Shown here in pieces: positions 12,301-27,300 of a DNA stretch of 64,000 nt. The position numbers and the translations under genes are program-made. Below the pieces are notes generated by a model. The model searched no databases. It saw only the letters and a list, made by a program, of their open reading frames with translations, and was not told the DNA's origin. Position 1 is the first letter of the stretch; each line of letters opens with the position of its first letter. Location of the stretch: the NCBI RefSeq assembly GCF_037042905.1, contig NC_087251.1, positions 32,986,001-33,050,000 on the forward strand, in the 5' to 3' direction. The DNA comes from Lytechinus pictus. Its lineage: Eukaryota.

Positions 12301-15300
12301 CCCTCCAGTTGAGCAGCATCTGGGTGAAGAACTCTGTATCCTGTAGGATGGCCGTTGATTCCTCGTTCACTTTGTAATGGTGCAGGAGGGAGCACTGGAA
12401 GACCACGGACTCGCTACAGCAGGCATCAAACAGCACCTGTTGTACATATGGAATAAAAAAAAATCCTAATTTATTCAAATTGATGTCTGTTGCATATACT
12501 TAAAGAATGTGAGATACGACATACAGTCATGTTGAGTTCAAATATTAGATCTGGGCCCCATTGCATAAGAGTTACTATTATAGTAACTTCACCATTTAAT
12601 GGCAACTTTCCCGAAATTTGTCATTCTGATTGGCTGTTCAGCATTGTTACCATGGTACTTACCATTGGATGGCAAAGTTACTATAATAGTAACTTTTATG
12701 CAACAGGGCCCTGGAGTTTGATACCTTATGTTCTACATCCATATGAGATAATAATAATAGATAGTAATAATGGATTTTACATTCTTATATTTTGCCTATT
12801 CAAGTTCATTACACAATGTATGAACTGGACCCCGTTGCATAAAAGTTACTATGACGGTAAATTTGCCATGAAATGGTAACTTTCATGGAATCCTTGATTG
12901 TGATTTGCTGTTGATCAGCGATACCATGGTAGTTACCATTGGATGTCAGTTACCATAATAGTAACTTTTATGCAACAGGGGACATGTATCCATTATCCTA
13001 TCTGGAATGTGGGATTCTAATTCTTATAGCATTAAATAGGGCCTGAAAAACAAAACAATTTTCTTGGCTATATGCCAAAGATAGGACTGATTATTAGAAC
13101 AATGAAAAGGTCCAACTATCAATGCTATTTATACTCAGTTCCATTATAAATGTATCCACAGAATAATAATGAGAGTAAAACATATTACATATTCTAAATG
13201 TTGCTTGGTCTACATTTTTATATTTTGCCTATCAAGTCCATCAGATGTGTCCAATTATAGTGGAGTGCTATGAGAGAGTCGTTTCTACAGGCTCAAGTAA
13301 ACCATGCCTGTGTGGTATCTGCACTCATACAAAGCAACTTTTAATATTGATAAATGACAATCGAGATAAAAATGGGGATCAAGATGCATTAACAAATGAA
13401 AAGTAGACAAAGTGGGTCCAGTCCAAGCAGCAATATAACAATTACTGTACAATCCTACCTTGAGCATTTCCGGACCAACATGGCATCTCTCGGAGGCCAG
13501 GACCTTCGCGACCATCAGAGGGCCAGAGATGGAGCGGAACTCCCTGGCCATCTCATAGCTGCTGTTCTGAAGCAGCATCAGCAGCTGCAGGGCTCTGGCC
13601 TGTTGGTGACCATCATTGGACGTCTCAACAACCTTGAACAAGATAGCACAAGTAAACTTACAAATATATCTAAGTGTTTGGAGATATGGTTGTTTGGAAA
13701 AGGGGAAATAATAATAGCTTAAAATCATTAAAATCTGAGAATCATTGAATGGACGGCAAGACCCTGTGTCGCAGAGTTGTCAAACACGTCATTACAGAGT
13801 TTATTCAGTGATATTCTGTCAAAATCTTGAAAAATGAGGCTAATAAAATAATTATAATATGCATTTGTATAGCGCAAAAACTATTTCTATATATTCTATT
13901 GCGCTGCAAGAGCTTCCTAGGTGCTGTACATACTATTGGAATAGAGAGGTTTTTAATTTTAACTTGAAACTACATGTATGTAAATTTGTGGAATTCCTAA
14001 TGTTGAGGGGAAGTTTGTTCCATAGTCGTGGGGCTGACATCAGAAATGACTTATCTCGGATATGCCACATCAAAAGGGAATACAATGTAATTGGACAAAA
14101 TTAGCCATGTTTTTCATCTCAATACTGACCATTTAACTTTTTAAAATAATGAGGTTTAAATAAAAAAAAAGAAATTAAATCTCTATCACTGTGATTATCG
14201 AAGACCCATAAATGTGATTTTTCTAACAATTTTAATACCACTGATTATAACCTGAAAGACAAATGTATGAACGACTTCTTACAAAGCATACAGTTTGACA
14301 CTTTGTCAATTGGGTAGATTGCATTGAATCAACGTGTTTCTCAACATTATTATCAAAGGAAATTGTGACTCATTTTGGATCTCTACGTACCTTGGCAAAG
14401 AGGTAGACAAAGACACTGATGCCTCCAACTTGGTAGATTGCCTTGTGTAGTCCCATGTGATGCCTAACGGTGGGGTGTGAATGATGTATTGCCTGCATGA
14501 CGGTTGGTGAGTGAAGCAGGGAAGGGGGAATAATCTTTCCTGGGAGTACTTTACTCAGGGTACCGGATGATACAGACTGGTAGAGACTGAAGGTGGATGG
14601 AGACGAAGACGAGTAGGTGGCCACGAGGCTCTCCTGGAAGATGATACAAACAGAGGATAAAAGAGCATTGATGGTTGAAATAAGAAAATCCAGCCAAATT
14701 AAGCTTTTCTGAAAATAATGTTGTTTCTTGGCATTCGTGTTCAATGGTGAATTCTACCTAACCATCATCCGACATAATCTCCTTTGCTGAAGATCATGAA
14801 ACTATTTCAGAGACACATCACTCTTAAATAATGCCAGCTTGGCTCGTGTTAATGTTTTTCTTTAAATCAAGTTTTTCTTTCATTGAGAACTATTAAGCTT
14901 TTATTGCATTGAGACTTTTATTGTATTGAGAGGTTTAAACTCTTAAATAATGCCAGCTTGGCTCGTGTTAATGTTTTTCTTTAAATCAAGTTTTTCTTTC
15001 ATTGAGAACTATTAAGCTTTTATTGTATTGAGACTTTCATTGTATTGAAAGGTTTAAACTTAAATTTTTCCAAACTAGTTATTGTAATTACTCCTCTATT
15101 TTTAATAGTTTTTGTCTACCATTGCATCTTTTACCTATGGTAATAAAGAATTCTTAAAAATAACTCGAGCTCACCCTCAAGAATTTCTCATCAATTTCCC
15201 TGTCTCCAAAGAGGATATCAGGCTTGATGCCAGCGATCATGATGTCTTTGGTGATCTGACGACTGTAGAGGCGACTATGTTTGCTGCCCTCACACTGGCT

Positions 15301-18300
15301 GAGTGTATACAGGTCAGGTCCCATGGAGAAGAGGTGGAATGCAGCGGCTTCCTTCTGCAGTGCACTGGCATCTATAACAGGATGAGAATGTCAAAATAAC
15401 ACTTTAATTTGCTTACTCGTAAAAGTGTTTTCCCTTAGACTTGGAAGGAATGCTTCATGGTGGTGAATCTCAATGTTCTAAGTTAACAACAAGCCTTGTT
15501 ATACTTAGTACAAAAAAATAATTAGGTAATATAGTCCACACACTGTACAATTTAAGAATTAAAGGACAAGTCCACCCCAACAAAAAGTTGATTTGAATAA
15601 AAAGAGAAAAATCCAACAAGCATAACACTGGTAGTTTCATCAAAATCAGATGTAAAATAAGAAAGTTATGACATTTTAAAGTTTCGCTAAATTAAAAAAA
15701 AAACAGTTATATGCACATCCTGGCTGGTATGCAAATGAGGAGACAATGACGTCATCCACTCACTATTTATTTTGTATTTTATTACATGAAATATTCTAAT
15801 TTTCTCCTCATTGTCAAGTGATCCAATGATTAATTCCTCCTTGAACATGTGGAATTAGCATTGTTTAATACTATATGGTTCAGTCAAATTGGTCCTTATT
15901 GTCAAATCTATAAAAAATGAAATATTGTATGATTCAAACAATAAAAAACAAAAGAAAAAGTGAGTGATGGACATCATCGACTGACTCACCTAATTGTGCA
16001 TATCACTGTTTTGTGAAAAATAAGCGAAACTTTAAAACGTCATAACTTTTTTATTTAAAATCCGATTTTGATGAAATTTTCAGCACTATGCTAGTTTGAT
16101 TTTTCTCTATTTATTCAAGTCAGCATCTTCCTGGGGTGGACTTGACCTTTAATAAGGAATCTACTAGTACCCTAAGCAATAAAAAAAAATCAAAATACAT
16201 ATTCTGGAGATTAAAAGAAAATTTTGCCTTCAAATATTCATATACTTAAATCATTTATTCTTAATAATCTTGAAAACACCAACCGTTAAAGATGTGCATG
16301 TGTCCAAGACTCCATGCTCCCTGTGGCTTTGCATCATGCCCCTGTATCTGACCAGTGGTCAGTGAATGACCGATGAGACAGAACATGGGTTGCTGGGCAG
16401 TCTTGACGATCACTGAGGAGTGGTTGTAATCGACCATGACATCCTTTCTGTGATGACCATTCACTATCACAGAGATCTGATACAATCAACAACAAAAAAC
16501 CAATGAAATTATTGGATGGTCCTCATTCAGTTGTGAATTCACTTATTGAAATGGATATAATTTGCTTATTAATATGTATAAATTGAAAGGAAACATCACA
16601 TAGTAATTGAAAAAGTGTCATTAATAGATTATCATTAAAAAATCCCAGCCAATTAATCATTAACGACATGAAGGCTTTGTGAATAAATGTTTGCTCAAAG
16701 CCACCACCCCCAACTAAATATTATCTTGTAAAAATAAACATCATAATTGACACACGGATATATAACATTAAAATATAATTACGCATATGTTTGGCAACTG
16801 ATTTTTTTTCTCTCCATCTTCTCTAACTTTCGTCTGATAATTACTAATTGGCCTGGGTATCCAACATATTATTTTTCTCCATGTAGGATATCAGCTTTCT
16901 TTTATGAAGTACATTGATTAATGGATTTAAGTGTACACAGTCAGTCTAGCTTGATGCAACGGAAAATAAACTATGCATGAAGCGTTTAATGGGTCAAATA
17001 TTGAACTCATTTAAACCAATAAATTTACAAGAAAGGTAAATAATCAAGACCAAATATATTGGACTGGTTTCCTCACCATGCCAAGCACCATAGATTCATC
17101 TCTCCTTTCATGGTAGGTCACTACAAGATGTTCCCATTGACCACTGGTCAGCATACCACCACAGGTAGTCTCTGCTAGTATTAAAGTCCTCTGATGGTCA
17201 CTTGACGCTTGACCAATTCTAGTTAAAAATATGATAACAACAATAATAATAGTTAATGCATTTTTTAAATCTCGCATCAACTGTTCTGCCAAAGTATAAT
17301 TGTACCACATTATTGAAGACCGCTATGTGACTTTGTAAAGTAAATGATAAATGCTATCCATTCATGCCGACATTTAGTGGAACTAGGTACTAATTTCAAT
17401 TTCGTTCGTTTTGAATTCATCTATTTGTTCAACCATCAAGGGGCTTCGCAATGGTTTTGTTTTTCGCTTTTTTATTGACTTTGGAAAAAAATATGTGGAT
17501 CGGACAAAGGGATTTCATAAGATCATAGGAAAAAAAAAATATTTCATTAGGATTAAAGCAAGAAGAAAACCCTGCCTTTGTTTAGAAAATAATCATTTGA
17601 AATGACCATTAGTACACATGACTTTCAAGAAAACAAAAACAAAGCTCCTTGCATACGATATTTACACAAATGGTTGCAAAGAATTCCACACCCCAAAATT
17701 ATTATATTTGGAATTATCTCTTGATTCAGAGCAGAAGTTTGATGTTATGCCTACCTGAAAAAATAGACAATATAAAATATTTCTGAAAAAGATTTACTAT
17801 GGAATTTTGTAGATGTCATTGGCAACATGGATGCCAATTTTTGGCGTGCTCACTTGGTTGATTGCCTGAGATTTACCTGAAAACCAGCTTCATAGTCTTT
17901 GTCTCCAGCCAGACTTCAAAAGTGATGTCACGGGTACCAAGGGTCACCAGATGTAGGTCAAGCTGATGACCTTTCAACCCTGACCTCGATGGCGATGAGG
18001 TTAGCAGGGGGTTCCTTGACACTGTTTAAATAAGTAAAACAAAATTACACTTCAGCAAGAAAACTTAATAAGTTATTGCTGGAGATTATATTTGTTTCAA
18101 TAATCACTCTTTTCCAGCAAAACAGGGTGTTCCTTGATATATGCACTGTTCAAGTAAATCAAACAAAATTTACGTTTGTTGCAAATAAATCATACAATAC
18201 ATTGCTGAAGATATTCTTTTGTCTCAATTATCATAATTTTTTCTCCAAAAAATAAAGTACACATAATTAGACTGATTTGAAAAGTTTAAATTCAATGTCT

Positions 18301-21300
18301 GTATCAGTATCGGTACAAATAACTTAAATCAAATCGTTATTAGAAAAGAAGATGAATGAATCTCATTTTGTTGATTAATGGACACAAATGTACAAGATTA
18401 TATTTGTGGGTCTTTTTTTGGAACAAATTGATATAATCCACACAAAAGAGAGCACATAATGCAGACAGCATACATAGCAATAATATCAGTCATATTCTGT
18501 TGGCTTTATAAAAGTATTACAATTTTTTTTATACATTTCCTGCAATAGAAACGTGTAGTAGTACAATGATTTTGTCCATGAATTGTGAAGTATTTTAGGC
18601 AAATATACAGAAAAAGAAGAAAGAGTTGGCATATGATAATATAACTAAGTTTTTTATTAAAAGATATCAACAACAAAAAAAAGAGAACAAATTTTTTTCT
18701 TACAGCTGGAGAGTGAGGATGCACTAGATGAGTTTGGCAGGTATCTTGTTCTTGTTTTACTCTTTTTCATCTTCTCTCCCAATTCTCCTTTCCTCCTTTC
18801 TTCCACCTTCAACCACATAGCAACACCCACCCCCTTGTTAAGTGGTACAGTCCATGTTACACTATTCCTGAGAGGTAGCTGTGTTGCAGCAACAGTCCAT
18901 GCACTGATGTCTGGAGTGCTGGAAGACTCCATTTTCATTGGCAGAGGGGTGTTTTGTGTGTTGGAGGGATTGGGAAGGAGTGGAAAGGTGATGGTGGTGG
19001 CTGGCTGGGTGACTGTACTACTGGCTATGGTCAAGAGCGATGATAATAGACAGCTCTGAAAAAAGTTGAAAATCAGGAAAAATACATCTAATTTTTTACC
19101 CTCAGAAATGACTAATAAATGAATTCTTGAAGAGATTGAAACTGACATGACTGTGTCTTTCCAACAGCCTGAATCCAGTCCAGTTAGGTAAATCCATAAC
19201 TCTACTGAGGCAATAAATACTCTTGATGTATGTGCAACAAAAAGACATACCATTTGGCGTATTAATTGAGTGGTATTGAAGTACCCCACTGCTACGTTGG
19301 CATGCGATGGGCAAGTGTCAGAATGTTCAAATTGCCTTGACATCAGTCCACAGTGCATAGTTGCTGGAACGCTGATTACTTAAACCAAGGTCCCAGATTC
19401 AAATCCCAGTTGAGGGAATGTAATTTTTTTCACATTTTTGTTCTCCAAAATTAGTACTGCAGTAGTAATCATGGTTTTTAGGTCTTACCGCTTCCCTCCA
19501 CTTTGGTACTATTCTGTGCATCCCCCTCCTTAATTTCAACCATTACATGAATATCTCCTTAGCCAAAATGGTGTAATACAGATAGAGAAAGATGTAACCC
19601 CAAAGATTAACCATAAGACAGCTTACCATACATGACCATCGTATAGCTTACCATAGGCGATGACGGTGATTGGAATAGGGAAAGATATCCTCTTAACTGA
19701 GATGATGTAATACTCCTCTCAACCAACTCAGAAAATAACTCTAGGAGTAAAGCCCTCTCAACTATGAAGAAGCAGAAACAGATAAAAAGTCACATTTAAT
19801 TATAGGATTAATTAGAGTTAGCTTTAGGAGATTATATAATTCACATCAAATACTTTCATTCAATATTACTACAGAATATATCAAGTAATACCATCTGTTG
19901 TCGACAGTTTTGATTTAATATCCACATACTCTTTACATCAGAGATCTTCTTCAATTCAAAGTTCATGCCAATATTTTCTGTCTTTTTTTTTTTTCTTCAT
20001 TAATTGTTTTTCAGACCACACTCTGTCTTGTAGAGATTGCTTACCACTAGTATCTTGATGGTTATCTTGTAGAATGGTGCGGTATCCATCCAAGATGATG
20101 GTAGGGATCCCACATTGATTCAGACTCGTCTTACAGGAGTCATTACCCTTCACAAGGGAGATGAGTTGATTCAACAGAAAGTAGAGGACTTTCTTCTTAG
20201 CACACCCATCGGTGGTTGAAAGGACCTCTAACATCAGCTGACACACCTACATTAAACACATATTCAGAAAGAATCTCAAACATTTGAACATGTTGTTCAC
20301 ATTCTATTAATGAACATGTCTCATCAGGCCTCTAAGGAGTTGCAAAAAAACTTACTTTCAATAACAAATCAAGTATAAGTCCCAAAATCAAGTACAATGT
20401 GCATTGCAAGAGAGTTGAGTTGAGTTGCAAAATTTGCATTTTGTAATCAAAGGACTTGATTTTCGGATTTGAGCTTGATTTAGAATAGGACATGAGTTTC
20501 TTGTAACACTGCACTGATCTAAGCATGGCAGATATGTATTCACATTCCTATTTATGCAAAATGATAGAATGATGGACAAATCAACTTACTACAAACAAGT
20601 TTGCCTGAAGGGGCATTAAAGGGGGGGGGAGCAATGTCATGAGTAAAAAGGCAGATAGGACAAGAGGCAAAGAATAGCAGCAATGCACTGGGACTGTATA
20701 CACAGAATCTATCTCACTGTCATTAATTCTTAACAATCACAGAGAATACATATTTAAATCTTGTACGTATATATTTAATACAGACATAATTCAAGAGTAA
20801 ATATCACAGAATCTCCCATGAAACCTAATAGCAGCTATGATATTTTTCATGATATTGAAAATATATTTTACAAATAATGAATGTTTATGAGTGCAATGGA
20901 TAGAATACTTCATGAGGTGAAAAATGAAATGATCCATTCAACGAGGCTTAGCCGAGTTGAATGGATCATTATTTCATCTTTCTCCGAATGAAGTATTATA
21001 TCCATTGCACGCATGAAAAAACATTCATTATTTGGTTTATATGACACCTGAAAATTGATTTTTTTTTTTTTGTTCACATGAAATTTATGAATTTCGATGC
21101 ATGAAAATATGCTCATGCAGTGCGAGTTCGGCCTGTTGATTGTTACGTCATTAAAACATGCGCACTGCCGGTGCCTGCAGCTGCAGTCTCGGTGTGCGCG
21201 TGCAATGGACAAAATCGTATGGATCCAAAATTGCACGATGAATGGATCCAAAATTGCACGGTTGATGACGTCATTGCAAAATGGGCTGAATGAACGATAT

Positions 21301-24300
21301 CAAACAACCAATCAAATCACAAGGATCTATCTAGGTGTCATATAAATACTTCTGATGAACTTCCAGATGTTCTTTTATTATTGTTACCATAGCAATCAAG
21401 TACATAATGAATGACCTTTGACACGAACCTCAGGGTAAACCAATGACTGTTGAGATTGAGCAAAAATCAAGTCTTCTCTGTCTGGCTTGTTATCTGTAAT
21501 TAAAGAAAACAAAGTGGGAAATAATATTTGAAATTGGCATGATGTAGAAAATCTGAATGAGAACATTATTTTAGTTTTTTCAGCAGGCTACTGCTGCTGT
21601 AGAAAGAGAATGTCACAGTCAAGGGAGGGCATGACCATTTGTAATCAGAGAAAAGCAAACAGGAATATATGGGAAATTTAAAATGAAAGAATACTCCAGT
21701 GACTGACACTGCTCATATTGTTATCAAATTTCCATAACAGATCACTTTTTAATATGAAAAAAAAAATGCTTTAAATCTTTTCATTATCAAGTTTATCATG
21801 ACCTTTTAATCAATTGTAAGAAACTTTGGATCATAACTGTTTGTTAGGTGACTCAACTTCTATTGTATTTATTTTTTTAACAGCAGGTGGCATGTGCGAA
21901 GAACCGTAAAACTGTTCATGTGAACTATTATGAATACTTCACTAGATCATGGTAAACATGGCTCATACCTTGTTTGACAAAAGACTTGTAAAGCTATAAT
22001 TTTCTGCATCAATATAATTGATTTGCCTATGTTCTCTTCAACAATTACTACATCAACCTTGTTAAACTGAGAAAGACTGTTCAGTAATTTTGCTTCAATG
22101 CACAGATTCCCAAGTCCATTTTGGTGATTTTATTCAAAATATGCACATGAAGGTTCAGTATATCTAGACATCAAACACTGACTGATTTTTGAATTGCAAT
22201 GATTCAAACAATAATACCATGCAGGATACAAAGCTCTAACAGTAGGCCCCATAGCATTCTTTATTGACCTCAATTTACAGTTCTAATCATCAATAGCATA
22301 TTGACAGCACAAGGTGTATACAGTCAAACCTGTGTTTAGTGGCCACCTCTCAATAGCAGCCAGCCACCTCCCTATAGTGACCACTAAAACACACTCCAAT
22401 AGAGGCAGATTGTGTGTATAAGAACCTGGCTATGGCAGCCACCTGTCTATAAAGGCCACATCATGCGTTTTCCTTGGTCACTATAGACAGGTTCCACTGT
22501 AGATCTGGGTCCTGTTTCATAAAGACTCGTTGTAATAACAAATGCAAAAATTCTATATCTAACTGACAATAAGCCAATCAGATTGAAGGATTTCAATAGC
22601 TTATAACTGTTATTGTAATTTGTTACTGAAAGAAGTTTCATGAAAGGGACCAAGAAATAAACTAATACCGAGTGATTCTGCCATCTAGCTAGTTCAGCAG
22701 CAGGCTTTACTAGACCGAATCAACTACTAATCCATTTATGGGGCACTGATGGTAACAATGCCTGTTGCAATGGTTGTAATTTGTACAAGTGGTAATAATA
22801 AACCTTACTTGTTAGTGCATCATCTCTTTCATCTCTCTCGCTGTCGGCCTCATACCCTCCTTCAGCACTCCATAGATCACTCATCTCACTGCTTTGGTCA
22901 TCAGAGGCTTCTTGGAGCTCCTCAAGATTCCAACTTAATCCATCTACACTATCATCCTTAGGCTGGGTAAGAACAAATAGTGTTTTCATTAAACCATGAA
23001 AAATTGAAAAAATATAGCTCATTTTAATACTTGAAAATTCTTGCTTTTTTATATTACTCTCATCCTCAGTTTGTCGAGAAATATACAAAAATCCAAATAA
23101 TCCTTACTATAAAATTTCCTCTTTATTCCTATGAAACATCCTAAATATCATTTAGAATTATTGTAACCATGATGCCTTTTTTAAGTCTATACAGTTGAGT
23201 CTGCCGGAGTTGATAAATTGCCAAAGTCAATTGTCTTAGTTTGATTTCTAAACTTAAATTTGAACAAACTTCTGTGGTTACAAAAGATTTGACTGAGACA
23301 GACTGATCTGTTCTCTGCAAAACGTGAGATCGTGCCATTATGCCAAGTACAAGCATAAGGAAAAATATTGGGCATCTTACATAATACTTTATATTCCAAT
23401 CACTTGTGAATTCATATCTTTAATACTTGATGAAACACCAAGACCCATGTAACACTGAAATTCAAGATTGATTGCTGGGCTAAAATCTATGACTGATTCC
23501 ATTAATAATATGTGCAATCAATTGCATTTATTGATTGCGTGAACAATCACTAATCTTTGTGTTACAGTACCCTGTCCTAGAGCCCTCAACACAAAGCTTA
23601 GCAATCATCATAGAAGAATATCTTTACGATTGATTGCATTGACTACAATGCACAATCAATCGTGAAAATCAAGTGTACAATCAATCGCTATCCTTGTGTT
23701 ACAGGACCCCGGTCTGTCTTTACAATGGGCTAGCATACTTACTGAATTCCTTGAGAGGCTACAGATCTGATACTGTGATGAGTCTAGGGGTTCTAGTTGG
23801 GCCAGCTTTAGCAAGGTATCAGCTACAGTTCTACCTAGGTTGGATCCTAAGAGGTCTGACTCAGTCAAGTGATGCTTCACACTCCGAAGAATGAGGCTCA
23901 TCCCTTCTCCCTTAAATGAAAACATAAATTATGAAATAATATCATAGCACGTGGTGCACCTCAGGCAGTCTCACCTGGATTACACTATTCAATATAGAAG
24001 CAGTACTACTTTGACAATGAAAATAGAATAATATTCACAAAAAACACCAATCATATGATAATAAATACTAGGTTCATTGACCCTAAATGACATTTGACCT
24101 TGATCGTGTGACCAAGGACTTGTGCAAGATGATCATCGATACTTAATCACTCTTTATGTACCTAAAATTTACCTAATGGTTTGGACATAAGATAAGTTTT
24201 AAATGTTAGACTGATCTATAGTCTTTTAGTTTAGTTGGAAGACTGTTACATAGATGGAAAGCATCAGATGCAAATGTGTGATCTCCCCATGACCGACTGG

Positions 24301-27300
24301 TTTTTGGAATAGAAAGATCAAGAGAAGAAGTCTTAGAAGAGTGAAGACCAAAACGACCAGGGTCCTGTAACACAAAGATTAGCAATTGATCATACGATTG
24401 ATTGTACATTGTAGTCAATGGAATCAATCGCAGACAAAAGTTCTACGATCATTGGTAAGCTTTGTGTCATAGGCCCCAGAATTATGAAAGTAAAGAAGAG
24501 ATGAGACGCATTCTGGTGAAGACGTCAGAGAACGATATGCTATCAGAGGAATTTTATTATTAAAAGCAATTTTACAGTTAATATAGACATTACATTGATC
24601 TAACTTTTAAAATTTGAACTATACAATCCTATTTGTTACATGTGTCTGTGATGCGTGGTAAATATGAGGCCCTGTAAATATTGCACCAAAATCATCAGTC
24701 TTCAAAAGGCGAAAATTAAAGAGACCGGAAAATCATCACAATTTCATTCAATATGCTACATGTATTGAAATTAGAATCCCCAGCATCAAAATTATTATGT
24801 ATCTTGAAAATAACGGCACAACATATACACGACGCATCAAGTTCAGGATTTTTTTTAAAAGACCCTTGCAATGCTTATAACTCATATGTCTGTACATAGT
24901 GACCTTGAATATAAACAGATATTCTATAATTAAAGCTCCATTAGAATTCATGGTCCAGTGGAAGTTTAAGGATTTCCTATTTCCTTGATTAAAATATGCT
25001 GCTCTCTGAGAATATGAGAATTATCAACAACAAAAGGGTGACTTTACTTTTATGATATTTGCTTATCAACAGCACACAGGGCTGAAGGAAGTCAAATGCA
25101 GATAGGTATAAACAATATGAGTGGATATTTGACTTACTATGATTGTATTTTTTCACAAATACCTTTGGAATGTGTCTCAATTAAATTGGGCATTAATTTA
25201 AAATTATTATTATCATTATTATAATTTATTTTATTCATTTATTTGTATTTCATCTATTTACCTATTTACCTATTTATTTATTTTTATTTATCTATTTTAT
25301 TACTATTATTATTATAATTATTTTTTTTTGGGGGGGGAATGCTCCAATTGTACTAATTCATCTTAACATAATTTATTATTTCCATCTTACAAGCTACATG
25401 TTATAACTGGACGTTTCAACTAAATCCACTCAATTTATTCTACAAAATGCAACACAATGTATTATCTTGCTTTCGTCAAGCGTCAAGGGTCTATAGAACA
25501 AGTAAGTACAATAGTACTATCAACCCAAGTATGCAAGGAATTTCTTCCTGTTGTGATTCAATTAATATTTATTGGGCACAATGAGACATATTAATTTCTT
25601 ACCTTTAACTTTAATATTCTTAGCAATTACGGTGCACTTTGACATACAATTACGTATTGGGCAATTTCGCACTATCAAGAATGTCTTACAGGTACAAAAA
25701 CATTATGATTTGAAGCATTCAATTATCCCAATTCAAGATTTAAATATCAATTATATAGAAAAGTAAAACAAGAGCTGATAAGAATGATAGCAAAGGTGAA
25801 CCAAAGTGCAATTCACTTCAATTGAGAAATTTACTTGGGAGGTCACGTACAAAGAAACAATTTTTTCCAGTTCCCATCTCATTATGGATACATGTCATTA
25901 TCTAAAAACATTAAAGGTATTAATATGATGGCAACTAGCCCCATTTCAATTTTTGATAAATAAGATGTATTTTCAACTTGTGAAAAATTCAAGCCGTTTG
26001 AAAATAAAAGTATCAAACTATCAATCTTCAGAACAGTTTGTTGTTTTAACAAACTTGTACTGCATGCATTTCAGGTAGTTGGTTTCAATTATTAAAAGTT
26101 CAGTCTTACATTTAAAGTTTTATATATTACAGATATTAATTGAATGCTTGAGCGTCTACAATTGTGCTAGAAAGTTTGTGAACCCCATTACAAAATGCAC
26201 TCATTCATGCTGAGTGTTGAATGTAAACAACAACACCACAATGTTCAGTGAGCCCAGAGAAACAAACTTTACTGAATGTAATATTTTATCACCCAACTTT
26301 ATAATTAAATATCTCAAACTCGGCAGAAAGAAACAACAATGTGTCAATTTTCTGGTGGGGTTCACTAACTATTGAGCACCACTATATGGCAGCTCGGCTA
26401 CAACGAGGGTAATAATATGATACAAAGTGTTACGCGCAGTAGAATATATTAATATCGTAACTGCGCTTTATAAATGGTCCATATTATTATTTGGGGGGGG
26501 GGGTTCATGTACATGATCTAACCAATCTTGAGTGAAAAGCAAAAATTGGGATGATTTGAAGGCATTTGATACAAGTCTAAATAAAAATTAACTTTAATAT
26601 TGATGATGATCATCAGCAATGAACAATGGGCTAAGTACGCACACCTTCCTACCATTGTATAATGCCACACAATGTATTTTAATAATATAATAATAATAAT
26701 ATAGGCATATTTACCCAGGGAAGCCAATTTAGTTCTGATAACTGTTCTCCCAGCGGGCCCTGCTATTATTATTATTATTTTGATAATACCATGAGTATGT
26801 TGTTCTAAATCAAAGTTTATAATGATGACCATTTTGTAACTACATGTATGTTGTAGGGCCTCAAAAGAGTAAACAAAACTTAAATTCTGATAGAGCCACA
26901 AAACTAAAACAGGAGGTTTATCAATGAACAAACAAACATATTAATGGTAAAAGTAAATTGGAAACAGATTATTATAGCAAATGTATAAAAGAACAGGGAA
27001 TGATGAGCTATTCAAATACTAAATGTGGCAAGGAGAGCCTTTAAAGTGACAAATGTACTTTGAATATTGACATATTCATGTGCATGTTGCAAACAAAATA
27101 AATGAATGATAGGATTTTTATCCAAACCACATTAACTTGATGGTTAACCAAATATTATTACAGGAAACCTCAGATAATTCATGCAATGATTAATAAGATT
27201 AAAATTCAACAGTAAACAATTTTGATTTCAAATCAACACCCTAATAACCTTTTTCATATTGATGAGTGAAAAAAAAAAATCCAAGTTTTGAAGTGCATTA

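Noticed and set aside
19348..19432. tRNA-like sequence (gattcaaatccc followed by a T-run); similar at ~50390-50468
   Set aside because: No convincing cloverleaf; at best decayed tRNA-derived SINE heads
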